Origin: Blepharisma stoltei ATCC 30299
Taxonomy: Eukaryota > Protista > Ciliophora
NCBI GenBank assembly: GCA_965603825.1
Contig: CBFDEM010000003.1
Coordinates: 62,001-126,000, forward strand
Length of the DNA: 64,000 nt
Reading direction: 5' to 3'
A program made the translations under genes and the position numbers. The first letter of the stretch is position 1; the number at the start of each line of letters is the position of its first letter. This document shows, piece after piece, positions 37,663-50,060 of this stretch. The notes below the pieces were generated by a model, which did no database searches, was not told where the DNA came from, and worked only from the letters and a program-made list of their open reading frames with translations.

Positions 37663-37677
37663 TTTTAAAGATTACAA

Positions 37678-39789
37678 TTAATTTTTTATAAATCCTACTT
37701 GAATGAGATGCTCTTCTAATAGCAGCTTTTCAGCGTCATCATAATTTCCTGAGTGCCCACAGGAGATTGGAATTAGATATCCAGCTCTAGAGAAATCATT
37801 AGTTCTAGAGGTTGTTGTAAGAATTTCAGACGAAATTTGGCTTATTGCCTTCATTTGATGAGAACTATTTGTTTGAAAATAATCAAGAATTTTGTATAAT
37901 AATTTTTCCACTGCTTTAATTTCATTACAAATAATGACTACCGTTGGATTTGATATTATTTCATATTCCGCATAAATAGACTCCATCTCTTCTATTGTAT
38001 TTTTTATTTTTTGTATCGTCCTCCCAGCATAATCATTTATATCAGGATTTAGCGGCAAATAGCTTCCTCATATTTCCAGCACAATAAGCCACAAATTCAA
38101 AGAATACTTCCTGTCTTTATCAAAAACAATATTGGCAATCGGCTTTCCTCCTGCATCTAAAACATCTAAAACCCCAAAAAGCTTTTCTAGCACATAAGAA
38201 ACAACGTCATCTTCTATACAATCAGACTCTTTGACCATTAATTGATATTGGCTATTTGCAGTGATATTTAAAGAAAATTGTGTATTTGAGTCACTTTTTA
38301 AATATTTGACTGCAAGCTTCATTAAAGTGTCTATATGGACTAATAGCTCATCAATATCAGTTTTACATAAAATAAAATCATAAGAATTTATATCAAATTT
38401 TGCTTGGGAGTTTGGGATTTCGTGGGATTTTTTGATGATTTCGAGAGCTATGCCTGTTTTTAGAGAAGCAAGATCATGAATTGTGCCATCTTGAGGGTCG
38501 ACGGCAAGAATTTTATAGCATTCACAACTTATAAAATCAGAGGTTACGTCTACATGTCATCTGCCTATGTATTTATAAATATAGCTTGCGACAATTCCAA
38601 AGTTATAAAAAGCCATTTCATTTAAAGAAGAAAAACATCGGTCAAGGAATACAAACTGGACATTTAATTTTCTGGCTAAATTAGCTGCAATACACCCTCC
38701 AAAACTTTCCCCATGAATTCCGATTTTTTCGACTTTTCTTATTTTTTTTAAATAATCTAATATGATTTCTCCATCTTTTTTCAGTCTGTCAGGGGTTGGA
38801 TTTCCTTTGGTTCTGCCATACCCTCTATAATTTCATAAAAATACACTAATTCCTAAGTTTATGTAAAAATCAATTCAGTCACTTTGGTAATAGGAAAATT
38901 CATAAATTCCAGCATTAGGGCTGCACATCAGCATTGCGGGGGCTGAGGATAAATCAGCTGTGCAGGAAATTCATAAGCAATCTATATTGATTCCATCGTC
39001 AGCTGTGACTCATATCTGCTGAGAGTGATATCTTGCTTCTAATTCTAATCTCATCTGGTCAAGAGTCCCAAAGGTGTCATCCCATAAAAAATTTTTTGCT
39101 TTTTCAATAATATTTTTACCTTCATAGCTTGATTGTAGTATACATTCTATATCAATACAAGTACCTAACGCAGTTCTCGCAGACGCGTTAACTGGAAAAT
39201 CCCCAAAAACCACCCCAAGCCAATCTGCCTCACTTTCTATTGTATCAATCCAGTCCCACATCGAGCATTCTTCCTTATTCTCAAGAATAATCTTTATTTC
39301 CTGCAATGAGCATTGCAAACTTACCAAAAAATTCAGCAAAATTTCCTGCTTTCGGGTAATAGTTTGGTTTTCTTTTTGCAAATTAAACCCATAAATAGCA
39401 GTTATAAGCAGCAATTTGGCATTATTTGTAGCATCTGCTGAGTTTGATAGAAATTCCCTTTTGTCGATTTCATTGCATTCGTCTAGCAAGATTTCTAAAG
39501 CAATATGAAGGTCTTGGATTCGTGCTAAAAGCTGCATTGATATTTGTTTACAAAAATGAGACTCTATAGAGCGTCTTCATAGCCATGTGGAGCCTGGGAA
39601 AACTGAGAGCCTTATAGAGAGATGAAGTAGGTAATATAGCAAAAGGATAAATAGCAGCAGAGAAATAGGTCAAGAAATCAATGATGCAATTCAGCTGAAA
39701 ATACAATATATCAGTATAATTATAACAGTAGTAACTATTAGCCCTGCAGATAGGAGGATTAGAAACCTCTTTTTGTTTTGAACTATCAT
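37678..39789 (-). CDS. Membrane-anchored alpha/beta hydrolase (ABHD16/ABHD13-like), paralog A; 703 aa
   Basis: ATG 39789; two N-terminal TM segments; CSPNAGIYE, WNYRGYG, HGESFGG nucleophile elbow, C-terminal GH; about nine TGA=Trp; collinear with 51629-53707. Confidence 0.85.
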
Positions 39790-39985
39790 ATTTAGCATTT
39801 ATTTTAGTTTATATTAAATTTTATTGCATTTCCACCAAATTTGTAATATTTTTCTCTAAATTAAAATTAAACAAATAATTTATCAAAAAAAAATTAAATA
39901 TAATCACGTCAAAAATATCCCTTTTTACACAAAAAATTAATTATAATCCATTTTAAGTAACCTGCGTAACGAACCACATGATGAA

Positions 39986-40013
39986 TTTCGCGTAAAATTT
40001 GGAATTTTGGCGC
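39986..40013 (+). promoter_or_regulatory. Two E2F-like motifs (TTTCGCG 39986-39992, TTTGGCGC 40006-40013) upstream of Wee1
   Basis: TTTGGCGC matches the TTTSSCGC consensus and ends 14 bp before the Wee1 ATG, in an otherwise CG-poor spacer. Confidence 0.45.
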
Positions 40014-40027
40014 AAGTTTATAATTAA

Positions 40028-41284
40028 ATGGAAGACCGCGATATTGAAATTGAAAAGTGCCGAGAAATGCTAAAGTGGTTTATTCAAGATAGCAAAAATA
40101 AAAATTCGCCCTCAAATCCGAATACTCCCGCTACTATTACTAGACCTGGATCTCTAAATATACCAGAAGAAAGCTTTATAAAGAGATGAAGGCGTAGCGA
40201 CAAACTTTTTGATGGAAAATACTCGTCTTCAGGAGCTTCAACCCCTCAGACACCAGCAACGCCAATTCATGATATAGAAAATCGATTACGCTCACACAAT
40301 ACTCCATTAGGTGCAAAAAGCGGGGGAAATAAGTATTATTTTGGCAAAGAAAACCAAGCAAGTGATTGGGAAGATGATTATAATGTATCAAGATACTATG
40401 AAGATTTTACTGAATTAAATACAATAGGCTCAGGAAGCTTTGGAACTGTTTTTCAATGCAGACACAGGCTTGACGGGCTGCTTTACGCAGTGAAAAAAGT
40501 CCCTATGACAAGAAAAAATAAAGCAGCTCGAGATAAAGCTTTACAAGAAGCCTTAACCTTAGCTGCGTCGTCTTCATTTGACGATAACACATATATCATT
40601 AGATATCATAGTGTTTGGATCGAAAAAGACAATTTATTTGTGTCTATGGAACTTTGTGATTGCAGCTTATCAAGCTATATAGAAAGAGTAGGCAAAATCA
40701 CTGAGCAAGAACTCCGAAAAATAATGCGAGATCTATGCAAAGGCTTAAAAAAACTCCACGCAAGAAATATCGTCCATCTAGACATCAAGGCAGAAAACAT
40801 TTTATATAGTTTTACACACAAATTCAAATTAGCTGATTTAGGACTAGCAAGAATCACCACAAATATATCAGGCGAAGTCCCTGAAGGTGATAATCGATAT
40901 TTAGCTCAGGAATTATTAAATATTATGCCAAACGACCCTGAATCAATTCCTGACCTCACAAAGGCGGATATATTTTCATTAGGAGCGACTATGTTAGAAA
41001 TAATGAGAGATGAAGAGCTTCCTGGGAATGGAAAAGAATGGCATGATATTCGGGATGGAAATTTTAATATTCCTGGAGGATTTTCTGCAGAGATTAAAAA
41101 GACAGTGAAAAAAATGATGAGCAAAAATCCAGCTGATAGGCCGACAGCTGAGGAGTTGCTGAATGAGGTTTTAGTATCAAAAACAAAGCAGGATTTGAAA
41201 AAGTATAAAAGCTATTCCAAGTATTTAGAAAGGACTTTGGAGATTTTTGACTGCCCTTATAAAAAGCGCAAGCTTTCTATTTAA
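40028..41284 (+). CDS. WEE1: Wee1-like protein kinase; 418 aa
   Basis: ATG 40028, one TGA; SRYYEDF..IGSGSFG..RLDGLLYAVKK, HLDIKAENI, DLG, EGDNRYLAQE, LPGNGKEWHDIRDG. Confidence 0.9.
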
Positions 41285-41390
41285 TTAATCGAAATATGCT
41301 AATTTTGAATTAAATTGATATTTTGATAGATAATTTTCTTATTATTAGTATAAAAAAATCTAATTCATATACAACCATTTTTAAATTTAA

Positions 41391-41852
41391 ATGAGCCGTA
41401 TAAGGCCTCGAGCAGATACATTAAGACCTCAAATAACAAGATCTAGAACCGGCAGCAACCTCACTCTTCAACTCTCTACTTCTCAAATTAACAAATCCTC
41501 TGAAACCAGCAGAGGTACCTCAGCTGACCGTCGAGAAAAAATTTCCAGCACCTTGATCTCCAATCTTCTCAAATTAAAGCACCGAAATTCCAGTATTTTT
41601 AAAGAGAATATCAACGTCACTGAAAAATCGACCCCAAAGCAAACTTTTATGCTGACAAAAGAGCGATTGAAGCGTCCTCTCCGGAGTGTCCAAAAAAATG
41701 ACCTTCCAAGGCCAAATATTCATATAGCTCCTATTCGTAATCGGTTTTATGAGCATCTTGACAAGATAGAATCGACCATTGAAGATATGGCTGAAATGAA
41801 AAAACACATTTCAGTGCCTCAGAACTTTTTCTCACCTATAAAAATGAATTAA
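41391..41852 (+). CDS. Hypothetical basic protein
   Basis: 153-aa ORF from ATG to TAA, between genes. Confidence 0.6.
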   Translation: MSRIRPRADTLRPQITRSRTGSNLTLQLSTSQINKSSETSRGTSADRREKISSTLISNLLKLKHRNSSIFKENINVTEKSTPKQTFMLTKERLKRPLRSVQKNDLPRPNIHIAPIRNRFYEHLDKIESTIEDMAEMKKHISVPQNFFSPIKMN

Positions 41853-41945
41853 ACTTTAATGACCTTGTAATATACCTTTTTCTTCTCAGTTTCTAGCTAA
41901 ATCAGTCCTTTCTAGGTAAATTTAATAGCAAAAGAGTGGATAATA

Positions 41946-42692
41946 ATGGTTAAAAAACAGGGCAAGAAGAGTGCTTCCGCCTCAAAAGAACCAACAAACC
42001 CATTATACGCAAAGAAAGAACGTAACCTCAGAATTGGAGGCAGCATACAGCCAAAGCGCGATCTTTATCATTATCTTCGTTGGCCTGAGTACATTCAACT
42101 TCAACGAAAGAGAAGTGTTCTTTTATCACGCCTTAAGGTCCCACCACCAATTAATCAGTTCAGATCTACTTTTGACAAAGCACAAGCTATGGCTCTTTTC
42201 AGACTCCTTGCTAAATACAGACCAGAATCCCGTGCAGAGAAAAAGAAAAGACTTGAAGCTGAAGCCAAAGGTGAAGGACAAAAAACTAAGCCATTTTTGC
42301 TTAAATACGGGCTTAACCAAATCACCAGTCTTGTAGAAAGCAAAAAAGCCAAGCTTGTAGTGATTGCCCACGACGTAGATCCTATTGAGCTCGTTCTTTG
42401 GCTTCCACAGCTGTGCAGAACTATGGATGTCCCATACTGCATTGTAAAAGGAAAATCAAGACTCGGCACTTTAACCCACAAAAAGACATGTACAGCAGTA
42501 GCCCTTACAGAAGTAAGAAAAGAAGACGTCCATGATTTGGAACTTATCACAAAAAATGCTAGATCTCTTTTCAACGAAAATCCTGATGTTGCCAAGTGGG
42601 GTGGTGGTATTCTTGGAGTCAAAAGCCAACAAAGAATTGAAAGAAAAGAAAAATTGATAGCCCAAGAAGCTGCTAAAAAAGCTGGTCTTTAA
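41946..42692 (+). CDS. RPL7A: 60S ribosomal protein L7a (eL8)
   Basis: IQPKRDL, RLKVPPPINQF, LVVIAHDVDPIELVLWLP, WGGGILG. Confidence 0.97.
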   Translation: MVKKQGKKSASASKEPTNPLYAKKERNLRIGGSIQPKRDLYHYLRWPEYIQLQRKRSVLLSRLKVPPPINQFRSTFDKAQAMALFRLLAKYRPESRAEKKKRLEAEAKGEGQKTKPFLLKYGLNQITSLVESKKAKLVVIAHDVDPIELVLWLPQLCRTMDVPYCIVKGKSRLGTLTHKKTCTAVALTEVRKEDVHDLELITKNARSLFNENPDVAKWGGGILGVKSQQRIERKEKLIAQEAAKKAGL

Positions 42693-42723
42693 GTAACTAG
42701 ATTCTTTTAGCTTAAAAATAATT

Positions 42724-44184
42724 ATGGAACTAATCACAAGAGCTGCGAGGTTTTCTGCTAGAAACGCTGTGTTTTGTAGAGGGAGAACTTTTACATATGG
42801 AGACTTACTAACTCATGCAAATTTTGTGAGTGGAAAGCTGCTATCACAGAAAAGTGATATGAAAGGAGAAAGGGTTGTATTGTTGACACCTCAAAGCTAT
42901 GAATATTTAGCTTGTCAATGGGGAATTTGGCAGGCTGGAGGTGTTGTAGTCCCACTCTGCTTACAGAGCCCACCTCTAGAGTGGCAGTACGTCGTAAATG
43001 ATTGTAAACCAGCGTTTGTTATTTGTCATGGTAGTTTCTTATCAAAACTTGGCTCAGTCGCTGAAAATGCTGGAGTAAAAATTATTCCAATTGGCGATTT
43101 TATAGCTAAAGAAGAAAAAAGTATAAATAATACATTTAACGTGACCACTGAAAGTGACGGATTAATTTTATATACGTCTGGAACGACAGGAAAGCCAAAA
43201 GGCGCAGTGCAGACCCATGCGAAAATTGAATTCCAAGTAAAAAGTCTTGTAGATGCATGGGGGTGGAATGAAAATGATAATTTTCTAGAAGTGATGCCGC
43301 TGCATCATGTGCATAGCATTAATAATCTCTTAAGTGCCTTATGGTCTGGGGCAAGCATTACATTTCACCAAAGATTTGATCCATTAAATGCATGGAAAGA
43401 AATAAAAAGAAATAAATCACTCACCATTTTTAGCGCTTTGCCTACAATTTATACAAGGCTACTACAGGAATGAAATTATATGAATAATAATGATAAAGCT
43501 GAAATTTTGAATGAGTGCAAAAAGTTTAGATTAATGGTCTCAGGTGCTTATGCTTTATCTGAAAAAGTTTGGGCTGATTGGCAAAAAGCGACAGGCCATA
43601 CTCTGCTTGAAAGATATGGGCTCACAGAAACAGGAATCGTTATATGCAACCCATTAAATGGGACGAGAAGGCCTGGGTGGGTAGGAAAGCCTCTTCCACA
43701 AGTTGAAGCAAAAATTGATGGAAACGAGCTAAAGATAAAATCTCCAGGGATGTTTAAAGAATATTTCAATAATCCGACCGCAACTCAGCAAGCTTTCGAT
43801 GAAGAAGGATGGTTTAAGACTGGAGATATCGCTGAAATAGACCCTCAGACTGGAGATTATAAAATATGTGGCAGGCTAAGTATGGATATGATAAAGACTG
43901 CTGGATACAAAGTATCAGCTGAAGACATGGAAAAAGAGCTAAAAGAGCACCCAGATGTCCAAGAAATTGCAGTTCTTGGAGTCCCAAATTATGAGTATGG
44001 AGAAATCATAGGAGTTGTAGTAAAAAGCAAGAAGAATATTACTTTACATGACATTCAAAGTTGGTGCAAAATGAGAATGGCAAGCTATAAAATACCAAGG
44101 GTTATTAAGCAAGTTGATCAGCTTCCAGTTGATGCTAATGGAAAAGTCAATAAAAGAGAGCTTTTAACGCTATTCAGCCATTAA
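42724..44184 (+). CDS. AMP-binding acyl-CoA synthetase (ACSF3/malonyl-CoA synthetase-like); 486 aa
   Basis: YTSGTTGKPKG, LERYGLTETG, WFKTGD; one TGA=Trp at 43471. Confidence 0.9.
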
Positions 44185-44377
44185 AAAAAAGATTAATACT
44201 TAATCGAAAATTTGCTAATTAAATGTTTGTTAATAATATAAAGTATTTATGAGGAATTATCAGTATAATCATGGATAAATAAAAAGTTAAAGAAACATAT
44301 TATCGGCTTTCTTCTATAAAATACTGATTTATTAAAATTATCTAATATAATTCTAGATGATAAGTTAAATAAAATTA

Positions 44378-44863
44378 ATGATAGAATATTTTGTTAAGTA
44401 TGATAACCTTCTTGAAAAACTGATGATACTATCTGATGATCCTCTCACAATTATAAAGTTTCCTATCACAGAAGAAGCTGCAGAACTCTTTGGTATTTAA
44501 TATTCAGAGTTGACATCTCAACACAAAGAAATAAAAGAAAAACTATGGAAAGCCATCCCATCTCTTAAACTTCTTGAATTAAAAATCGTCCCAAGCCGTT
44601 TAAGCTCAAAGCGGTTTAACCTAGTGCTTTTTCTGCTTATAGCAGATCACTTGCCTAAAGCAAAAACTCATCATTATTCAGATTCTCTGTCTACTGAAGA
44701 TTCTTATGCTTCTTCATTTTTAGACAGATCTTCCTTTTTGCAGCAAGAACGTGCTAGATTAAACGTACCATACGAACAAGCTATGGAATTAGAAGCAAGT
44801 ATGGCCACAGCCTATGAGCAAAATTGTATAGAATCAGACAATGGATACACTACAATATATTAA
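44378..44863 (+). CDS. Hypothetical protein; 156 aa; intron 44493-44507
   Basis: ATG 44378 is in frame with ORF 44510 once a 15-nt intron containing TAA is removed. Confidence 0.6.
44493..44507 (+). other. 15-nt intron GTATTTAATATTCAG
   Basis: Fits the consensus; removes an in-frame TAA. Confidence 0.7.
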
Positions 44864-44871
44864 TAACTAAT

Positions 44872-45636
44872 TTACCATACTTTTAAAATTTTCGAGATTC
44901 TCGTTTTTACGTTCGGTTCTGGGGTGATTAAAAATCGCTTCTTTTTCCATTTATCCACTGAAATGGCGAGATTTTTGCATAAAGCGACTCTTTTTTTGTA
45001 TAAAACCCCTGTGATTTCGTCTGAATCTTTTTTAAATCTAATACGAGGTGGCGATATAATATTTGTCGGGTGTCTATAGTTATGAGAAAGCCTATCAAAA
45101 ACTGAATTATTGACAATAGACTCTTTTATTTTATTTTCTTCATCTTCTTTTTGGGTTTTTCTCATTGCTCTTATGATATGATGATAATTTCTCATTAGAA
45201 GCTCATTCTTGACACGATCTCGAAGAGGAATGTCCATTGGTAGCGGAACTTCGTATTCTTCAGTATTTCTGAAGGACTGGACTCGGCTTTCAATATAGGA
45301 ATAATCAGGGATTTCGGAATGTGGCCGTTTATATTTTGGCTTTTTAGGAAATTTTTGACATGAATTTGAATTGATAATTGATTGAATGTCTTTTGGATAG
45401 GTACGATATGAGTAGCCGTTTGGAAAATCTTCATAGTCTCTTGATGATAAATCTATTTGATCGCGTAAACTATTATTTCTCCTGCGAGATGATGCTCTTG
45501 TGGATAATTTTGAATTAATTTTGAGATCACTAGGAGTATTCCGGGTTGATTTAAGAGGTTTAAATCCGTAAGATACTTGAGAATCATAAACAGGGACAGC
45601 TAAAAAAGCATTAAGTGACCCTAGATGTTCACCCAT
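44872..45636 (-). CDS. Hypothetical basic protein; 254 aa
   Basis: Long ORF from ATG to TAA. Confidence 0.65.
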   Translation of the reverse strand: MGEHLGSLNAFLAVPVYDSQVSYGFKPLKSTRNTPSDLKINSKLSTRASSRRRNNSLRDQIDLSSRDYEDFPNGYSYRTYPKDIQSIINSNSCQKFPKKPKYKRPHSEIPDYSYIESRVQSFRNTEEYEVPLPMDIPLRDRVKNELLMRNYHHIIRAMRKTQKEDEENKIKESIVNNSVFDRLSHNYRHPTNIISPPRIRFKKDSDEITGVLYKKRVALCKNLAISVDKWKKKRFLITPEPNVKTRISKILKVW

Positions 45637-46432
45637 TTAGTTAAGTATTAAGTATTCTATCTAAAAAGTAAATTATTACTGAAATCTCATGTTTTTAGTA
45701 TACACTCTTGCAATTGCATATAATTTATAGAGGAAATTATAATAAAAGACTGAGTTAATGTTTAATTTTTTACTTTTGTATACAAAAAGCATGTTTTGAT
45801 AATTTTAAAGGAAAAATTTTATTTTCAGATAATTTTTTCGTCATTATTCTGGTGTAGATAAGGACTAAAAAAATCATCATAAGAAGTCAATAAATCAGAA
45901 TAAGGAATCATTAGTGTGCAGTAGAGGGAGCCCTTATATATTCATCATTACGCAAATTATATATTATAAGCCTCATATTTAATCAACATGGAATTATGAT
46001 AGAAATTATGCAAAGCTTTAGATTGGCTGAAATCAATAAATTCTATAGGTTTTTATTGGCGCAATAAACAAAAGACAAGCCAATGCAGAGTATTGAAGAA
46101 TTTTACCCTATCATAAAAAATTCTAAATAAATGCAAAATTATGCAGATGCATTAATTATAAAATCAGATACGTTTTCGTCATAAAATCTGGCAATGTGAT
46201 TATCATCATAGCATAGGATTTTCTTTATCAAAAATGCTCCTTTAATGGATTAATTTATATAGGCCACATTTATTGAGTCCATTTTTACAAGAAATTATAA
46301 AATCTAACTTAATAGTTTATAATTTTCTATATAAATATCTAAGCTTAAATAAATCAAAAATTCTTAAAATTTTTAATATAATTAGCTTTTCGCATAATTT
46401 TATTTCCTATTTATTCATATTTTAAATTAAAA

Positions 46433-47188
46433 ATGTATTCAAATCCTGAATCAGAGCTAGCAAACGAGCTAAACACAATTGCTGCAGCCATACACCCTTA
46501 TAATCCTCAAAATCGGTTTAAAGTGATGCTTTATAATATGGCTCCCAAGAATTACAATATTCACCTGCTTCATTCTAATAGATATCAGCCTAATGAAAAG
46601 CAAGAATATTTTATGACAGATGGGGCTCTTCTTAATGAAGCTTTAACTAAAAATCCAGACCCAGAGCACTTATACCCTTGACAAATTAACTCTTGTAAGC
46701 AGCTTTCGGATAGGCTTGAAACAGATCTTGCCACAACTGGTTTATTTCTTGAAACTTTAGACAAAATGGAGACAGATCTTAGAGAAGTAGAAATTGAAAT
46801 GACATCTAAAGCTTCAGAACGTTTACGTAAAATAGAAGAAGGCCAAAATAAACTTTTCACAAAGCTATGCAACACTAGACAAAAACTAGAAAAATTTTTA
46901 GAATCAAAAAATGCGCTTCAAAGAAATTCTGGGGCTGAATTAAAACTTTGAGCTAAAATTGATTATATTAATAGAAAGCTGGAAATTAAATCAAAACTTG
47001 AAAAACTCAATACAAATGAATTAAGATCAGTTCCAGCTTTGAAAATCCCAGATGCAAAGATGAACGATATTCTAAAATTGCTAAGGGAACAAAAAAATAG
47101 CTTGTCAGAACTCAAAAAAAATGTAGTCGCTGACAAAAATCGAGTGCAAAAAATAGAAGAAAATTTAAGAAAAGTTAGTAGAAAATAA
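46433..47188 (+). CDS. Nup54/Nup57-like nucleoporin core (alpha/beta plus coiled coil); 251 aa
   Basis: FKVMLYN and NPDPEHLYPW(TGA)QINSCKQLSDRL resemble the Nup54 NPDP..L.P....F..L..R motif; C-terminal LREQ...L...V..D coiled coil; ends TAA 47186-47188. Confidence 0.6.
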
Positions 47189-47197
47189 ATTTAATTT

Positions 47198-47914
47198 TTA
47201 CTTGTTTTTAAGCAGAGTTGGAGGTGTATAAAACGGTCCAACCCCTCCTAATTTTAGACAGTTTACGTTGTGTTCAGTAAATTCTCCTGATTTTTTGAAA
47301 AAGGCTCGGGGGTTAGCTTTAAGTGTTTCTTGGTAATTATTGTCAAGTTTTTTGTTATTGAGCTTGCAATGGTCTAGATATTCACAAAAACCTCCTTGTC
47401 TATGAGAAGTAGTAGTTGGAGGACGAGGTGGGACACTAGCAAGGGTTATTGGATTATAATCGCTGCTATGGTAATTTATCATAGAATTTTTCCTCACAAG
47501 TGGGTTTCACCCTTCTGTTGACTCTTTATTGGCATGATAACTCTTTTCTTGGATCCTTGGCAAGTCAAATGAAGCTGATGAAAAATTTTGACTTAAATAA
47601 GAACTTCTGCTCTCAGTTCGAGTTGTATTTGAAGGTAGCGTAGTATACGAATTAGTTTTTGTGACATTTGCGTTATAAATCCCTGAATTAGTGTAATATT
47701 TCCCTGTTTTTCAAGAATTGCTTTGATAAGGAGTTTTTGGAAACTGGAAAACCCGATGTCGAGAATGCGAGGTGTTAATTCTTTGGTTATTCATAGAGCT
47801 GATATGATCAGAATTTTGAGATGATTTTACATTGCCTTTTTGTGATAGATTTTTAATTGGGTTTGGCTTTAAAATTGTAGGACTTATGCGACCTGAAATT
47901 GGCTTGGATGACAT
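47198..47914 (-). CDS. Hypothetical protein; 238 aa
   Basis: Two ORFs in one frame joined through two TGA codons. Confidence 0.65.
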
Positions 47915-48265
47915 TTATATTTGACGAGAAATTGGATGGTAATTTCTATTATAAATAAATTCAAATTTATCTATAATAGCAGTATAATGAGAGCTTTGGC
48001 TTTAAAGGATTTTTTTATTTAAGATAAGCGGACAAAGCTAAAAAGTAATTTTTATATTTTGATGGAGCCTAAAAAGGATTTTATCTTTATTGGTAATTTG
48101 AATTTTTTATTTCAACCTATTAAAAAATTATAAACTTTTTCCTTTGACACTTCATATTTATCGAGCCCATTTAAAAAATTACGAAAAATATTTTAATAAG
48201 GCTCTCTTATATAAGATTACTACCCTAAAGTCTAAAATATTTAGATTGACATATCTGAATAAGTA

Positions 48266-48283
48266 ATATATATATATATATAT
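48266..48283. repeat. (AT)9 microsatellite
   Basis: Read directly from the sequence. Confidence 0.85.
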
Positions 48284-49439
48284 TTAAAGTATAAATTTAA
48301 ATATGTCTGCCAGCAATAATTAATTAAAAGTTAAAAAATCACAAATGTCTTTATTGCATTAAAACAATTTAATTAATCAGCAATTTCTTTTAATATAGGT
48401 CAGCGGAAAGTATGGATGAGGCTTGAGAAATTTCTACTTAGTAAATAAAAATTCAGTAAATTATTTTTATAAAGTATTTGATTGTTTTTTTTTTATTTAA
48501 AGTCCGTAATATTATATTAATTTTTATCAATAATCATTCCAAGTTATTAAATTAGACAGTTTTCTTAAATTAAATTTTTCTTTGATTTTCAATAAAATAA
48601 AAAGTTAATTAGGATTTCACATTTTTGATAGGGCTGGTGATATTCCATATTTCACCATTTGCTTAACTGAACGAAAACTAAGCAATATGAGACTAATTTT
48701 ATTCAAAAATCCATCCAATATAACTTATTTTGTAACTCACGCCAGTATTTTATGTCAACAATGGCTTACGTCAACCTAAGACATGCTATTAAGGCAACAA
48801 TCATCAATTGTTATGATAAAGGTAATATAAAATAATCAGTTTCAAGCTAAAGCTGAATAAGCCTATAAAGATCTCTAAATCAATATAGGCATACAATTAA
48901 AAGATTAAAAAAAAATACTTGATCAATATAATCTACTTCTATATCTATTTAGTTCTCTATATAATATCTCTATAAAAGTAAACAATAAAATTAGATAAAT
49001 GCCAGTGCAGCCTTTATAACAAAATAATGAATACTGATTGAAGGTTATACAGATATTTACCCTTTGAATAAAGATAAAATTTTAAACAAAAGTTGCTAGT
49101 TTTTATTCATTTTTACCATCTTAATTCCGATGAAAATTATAAAACTATCACTTATTTAAGGGAGAAATTTTACGAGCTTAGTTCTTTTATGGAGGAGGTG
49201 CCTTTTAGACTCTTAAAACTTAATCTAAAAGCTTAGAAGATTTTTTAAAAAAATCTAATATTTTTTCTCTGCTAAAAATCTTGCAATTGTTCTTTTTTTT
49301 TAATTATTTGCAATAGTTCTTAAAATTATTTGGCCTTATTCTTTATAAAATTCTAGAATTCTATTTTATTCTTATATTTAATTAATTGTTCGGTTCTTTG
49401 ACTGCTTTATTAACGCTATTACTTACACCATAATAATTA

Positions 49440-50060
49440 ATGGGTAAAATGATAGGCATATACAGACTATTGTCTGTCAAATACGAAAAGCAAATAACCG
49501 TCACGCGTCAGCAACTTATATCAAGGATTTCTGTTATGAATCCTCTCTACTCTTTAATGAGTAATTTTCATTTGTTCGAGTTGTTGAGCGCTGCATCAAA
49601 CTTCTTCCACTTAACCTGCATAGAAATATGCGAGATGGCTATCCTATTGCAGAGGTTTAAAAATTTCTTTTCGTTCACAAACGAAGAAATTATTTATATT
49701 ATAGCTTATATTACAAAGGCAAATTTCAATGCAAAGATTGAAATTTATGAAGAAAAGTTAGTAAAACGCTTTCCAGATTTTCTAATAAAATACGGAAACT
49801 TTTTAAATGCAAATTTTGCAGCTCAAAACATCAGCACTACCGATATTTTCAACATGTATAAAGAGCTTATGGAAGGAATTGTAACGCCTCAAAGAGAAAT
49901 TGATGAGTTAAATGAAAATTTAAATTCTATTATGAGGACTGGTTATAAAAGGAAGGCATCAAAGTTAGACATGAAGGATGAGATAGCTGTAAACTTGCAC
50001 TTAAAAAAGATAAAGAAGGATTTCTTCGGGGAAGAAAACTTAGATGATTTGGAGGTCTAA
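49440..50060 (+). CDS. Hypothetical helical protein, possibly cyclin-like fold
   Basis: 206-aa ORF; EMAILLQRF...IIAYITK only weakly recalls a cyclin box. Confidence 0.55.
   Translation: MGKMIGIYRLLSVKYEKQITVTRQQLISRISVMNPLYSLMSNFHLFELLSAASNFFHLTCIEICEMAILLQRFKNFFSFTNEEIIYIIAYITKANFNAKIEIYEEKLVKRFPDFLIKYGNFLNANFAAQNISTTDIFNMYKELMEGIVTPQREIDELNENLNSIMRTGYKRKASKLDMKDEIAVNLHLKKIKKDFFGEENLDDLEV

Noticed and set aside
46052-46068. Inverted repeat TTTATTG-GCG-CAATAAA in intergenic DNA
   Set aside because: A short AT-rich palindrome expected by chance, with no supporting context.
48661-48680. Hammerhead ribozyme core (CTGA...GAAA)
   Set aside because: Does not match CUGANGA and lacks stem II and the three-way junction.
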